DNA of 55,003 bases, filler included, from Sluysia triapertura (taxonomy: Eukaryota), in the NCBI GenBank assembly GCA_046118255.1. It is 4 parts of 4 records of this genome, joined end to end, with 100 filler letters (N's around TTAATTAATTAA, not from the genome) between each part and the next. Parts side by side here need not be neighbours in the genome. Positions count along the whole stretch, not along the records: positions 38,952 to 55,003 come from JBJNIA010211921.1; 3 more parts are not named here. One strand, given 5' to 3'. Numbering within the stretch: position 1 is the first letter of the stretch; the number at the start of each line of letters is the position of its first letter. Under the pieces are notes generated by a model. It worked only from the letters and a program-made list of their open reading frames with translations. It was not told the DNA's origin and did not search any database. The position numbers and the translations under genes are program-made. This document shows, in pieces, positions 53,786 to 55,003 of the stretch.

Positions 53786-53888
53786 CTATTAATATTGCAT
53801 TATTTCTTATGCACAGTAGACATTTAATCTTAACATTATTACTATTATTATCATTATTATTATTACTATTATTATTATTATTATTTAG

Positions 53889-53967
53889 GCTCGAAGTTTT
53901 GTTGAAAAGATGGTTGATGTCACAAAAACACCATGGGAAGAAATTTATCCAAATTCAGAACCTTTAT
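53889..53967 (+). CDS. MAP kinase internal coding exon following the 40169-40248 exon, 79 nt
   Basis: tttag|GCT CGA...CCT TTA T|gtaaga encodes ARSFVEKMVDVTKTPWEEIYPNSEPL (compare ERK ARNYLxSLPxKxKVPWxxLFPNADxK). It joins the previous exon in phase 0 to give IINEK|ARS. Confidence 0.9.
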
Positions 53968-54868
53968 GTAAGATTAATATAATTAAATTTATGACATTTA
54001 AATTACTTTTTTCAATATTTAAGATATTTCTGTGCATATTTTTTAAGCATAATTTATTGAATTTACTTAAAATTAGTCGGAATTAATTAATATCTTATTT
54101 AGTACATTGTTTATAATAAGTGATACATTGCATTACAAATTTCGTAGATATATGCATATTTGTGTAAAATCTAAAAACAAATATCCGTGTGGTATTTCTA
54201 TTACATCATGAAAAGCATTTATTAGAAATTATTTGTTATGTGGAAATACTTGACGTGCTAAATAATATATTACAGTTTGATCTTTGGGATTTTTAAATCA
54301 AAAATAAATTTCCACTACGATGATCACGAAATAGATTTTGAGTTATAAAATTACAGTCGCTTTTCTGTGTCTGGCTATTTTAGTGAATAAATTATTAAAA
54401 TTATCCTGTTTATTAGCCTCTTGGTGTAGCGATTACGTCATGTTTTTGTAGTCTTTTTGACCAATTTTCGTCAGATCCATTAATTATCTTAATATTTTTT
54501 AATTTACAAAGTTCGGTTTGAATTAATTCTGCTTCCCCTTGATGCCATTATATTTTATTAAAGTTATTTTTAAATTTAATACTTTGTTGAAATTTACATA
54601 CAAAATGTGTTTTCCACTACCTCATTTTAGTACGTTTCATTATTCCATTTTTAAACGCATGCATAAAATACATTTATTTATTAATTCACATTTTTATTTA
54701 AGTTTTTCTGGTAATTCTTGATTTCCTTGTATTTCAAATTCACGTTCCACAAAATTAATTCAGAAGTGTATGGAGATATTCTATGCATGTTTACATGAAA
54801 ATTAATAATAAATTAATACTGTCAGAATATATAAATCGGATAGTTCAACCTGCACCTAAAAAATGATA

Positions 54869-54911
<43 letters not shown>

Positions 54912-55003
54912 TAAATTACCTTGTATTGTATTGGGTTGAGGAATAATTCATGAGCGTTTTTTTCAAATTTAAAAATGCACGCAGAAATAAAATGCATCGG
55001 CAA

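Noticed and set aside
54246-54296. ILDVLNNILQFDL as the next MAPK exon (compare ALDLLDKML.F.P)
   Set aside because: There is no AG acceptor at the required position, an in-frame stop follows, and there is no KRI/HPY motif.

Overview
This is very AT-rich eukaryotic DNA, probably from an invertebrate animal (inferred from spliceosomal GT-AG exons, ATT microsatellites and animal-type transposons). It comes from a draft assembly with N gaps and three artificial N44-TTAATTAATTAA-N44 joins. The only clearly functional host gene is a MAP kinase, seen as two + strand exons (40169-40248 and 53889-53967) separated by a 13.6-kb intron; much or all of the window may be intronic. Most of the rest is decayed mobile DNA: a NeSL-like non-LTR retrotransposon with a Ulp1 protease, two Ty3/Gypsy remnants, LTR-like pieces, a tRNA-derived SINE, IS630/Tc1, pogo, piggyBac, hAT and possibly Sola2 and Helitron remnants, and Polinton/Maverick penton and major capsid fragments. 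Two things stand out. (1) A frameshifted, bacterial-type agmatine/peptidyl-arginine deiminase with a signal-peptide-like N-terminus (10726-11695) is a horizontal-transfer candidate. (2) An intact, intronless 574-aa chimeric ORF (27343-29067) is built from a duplicated piece of splicing factor SF3A3/Prp9 fused to novel sequence. It lies between a long GC-rich hairpin with CCAAT boxes upstream and a hairpin motif downstream that recurs elsewhere in the window. All family assignments come from motif recognition by eye, not database searches.
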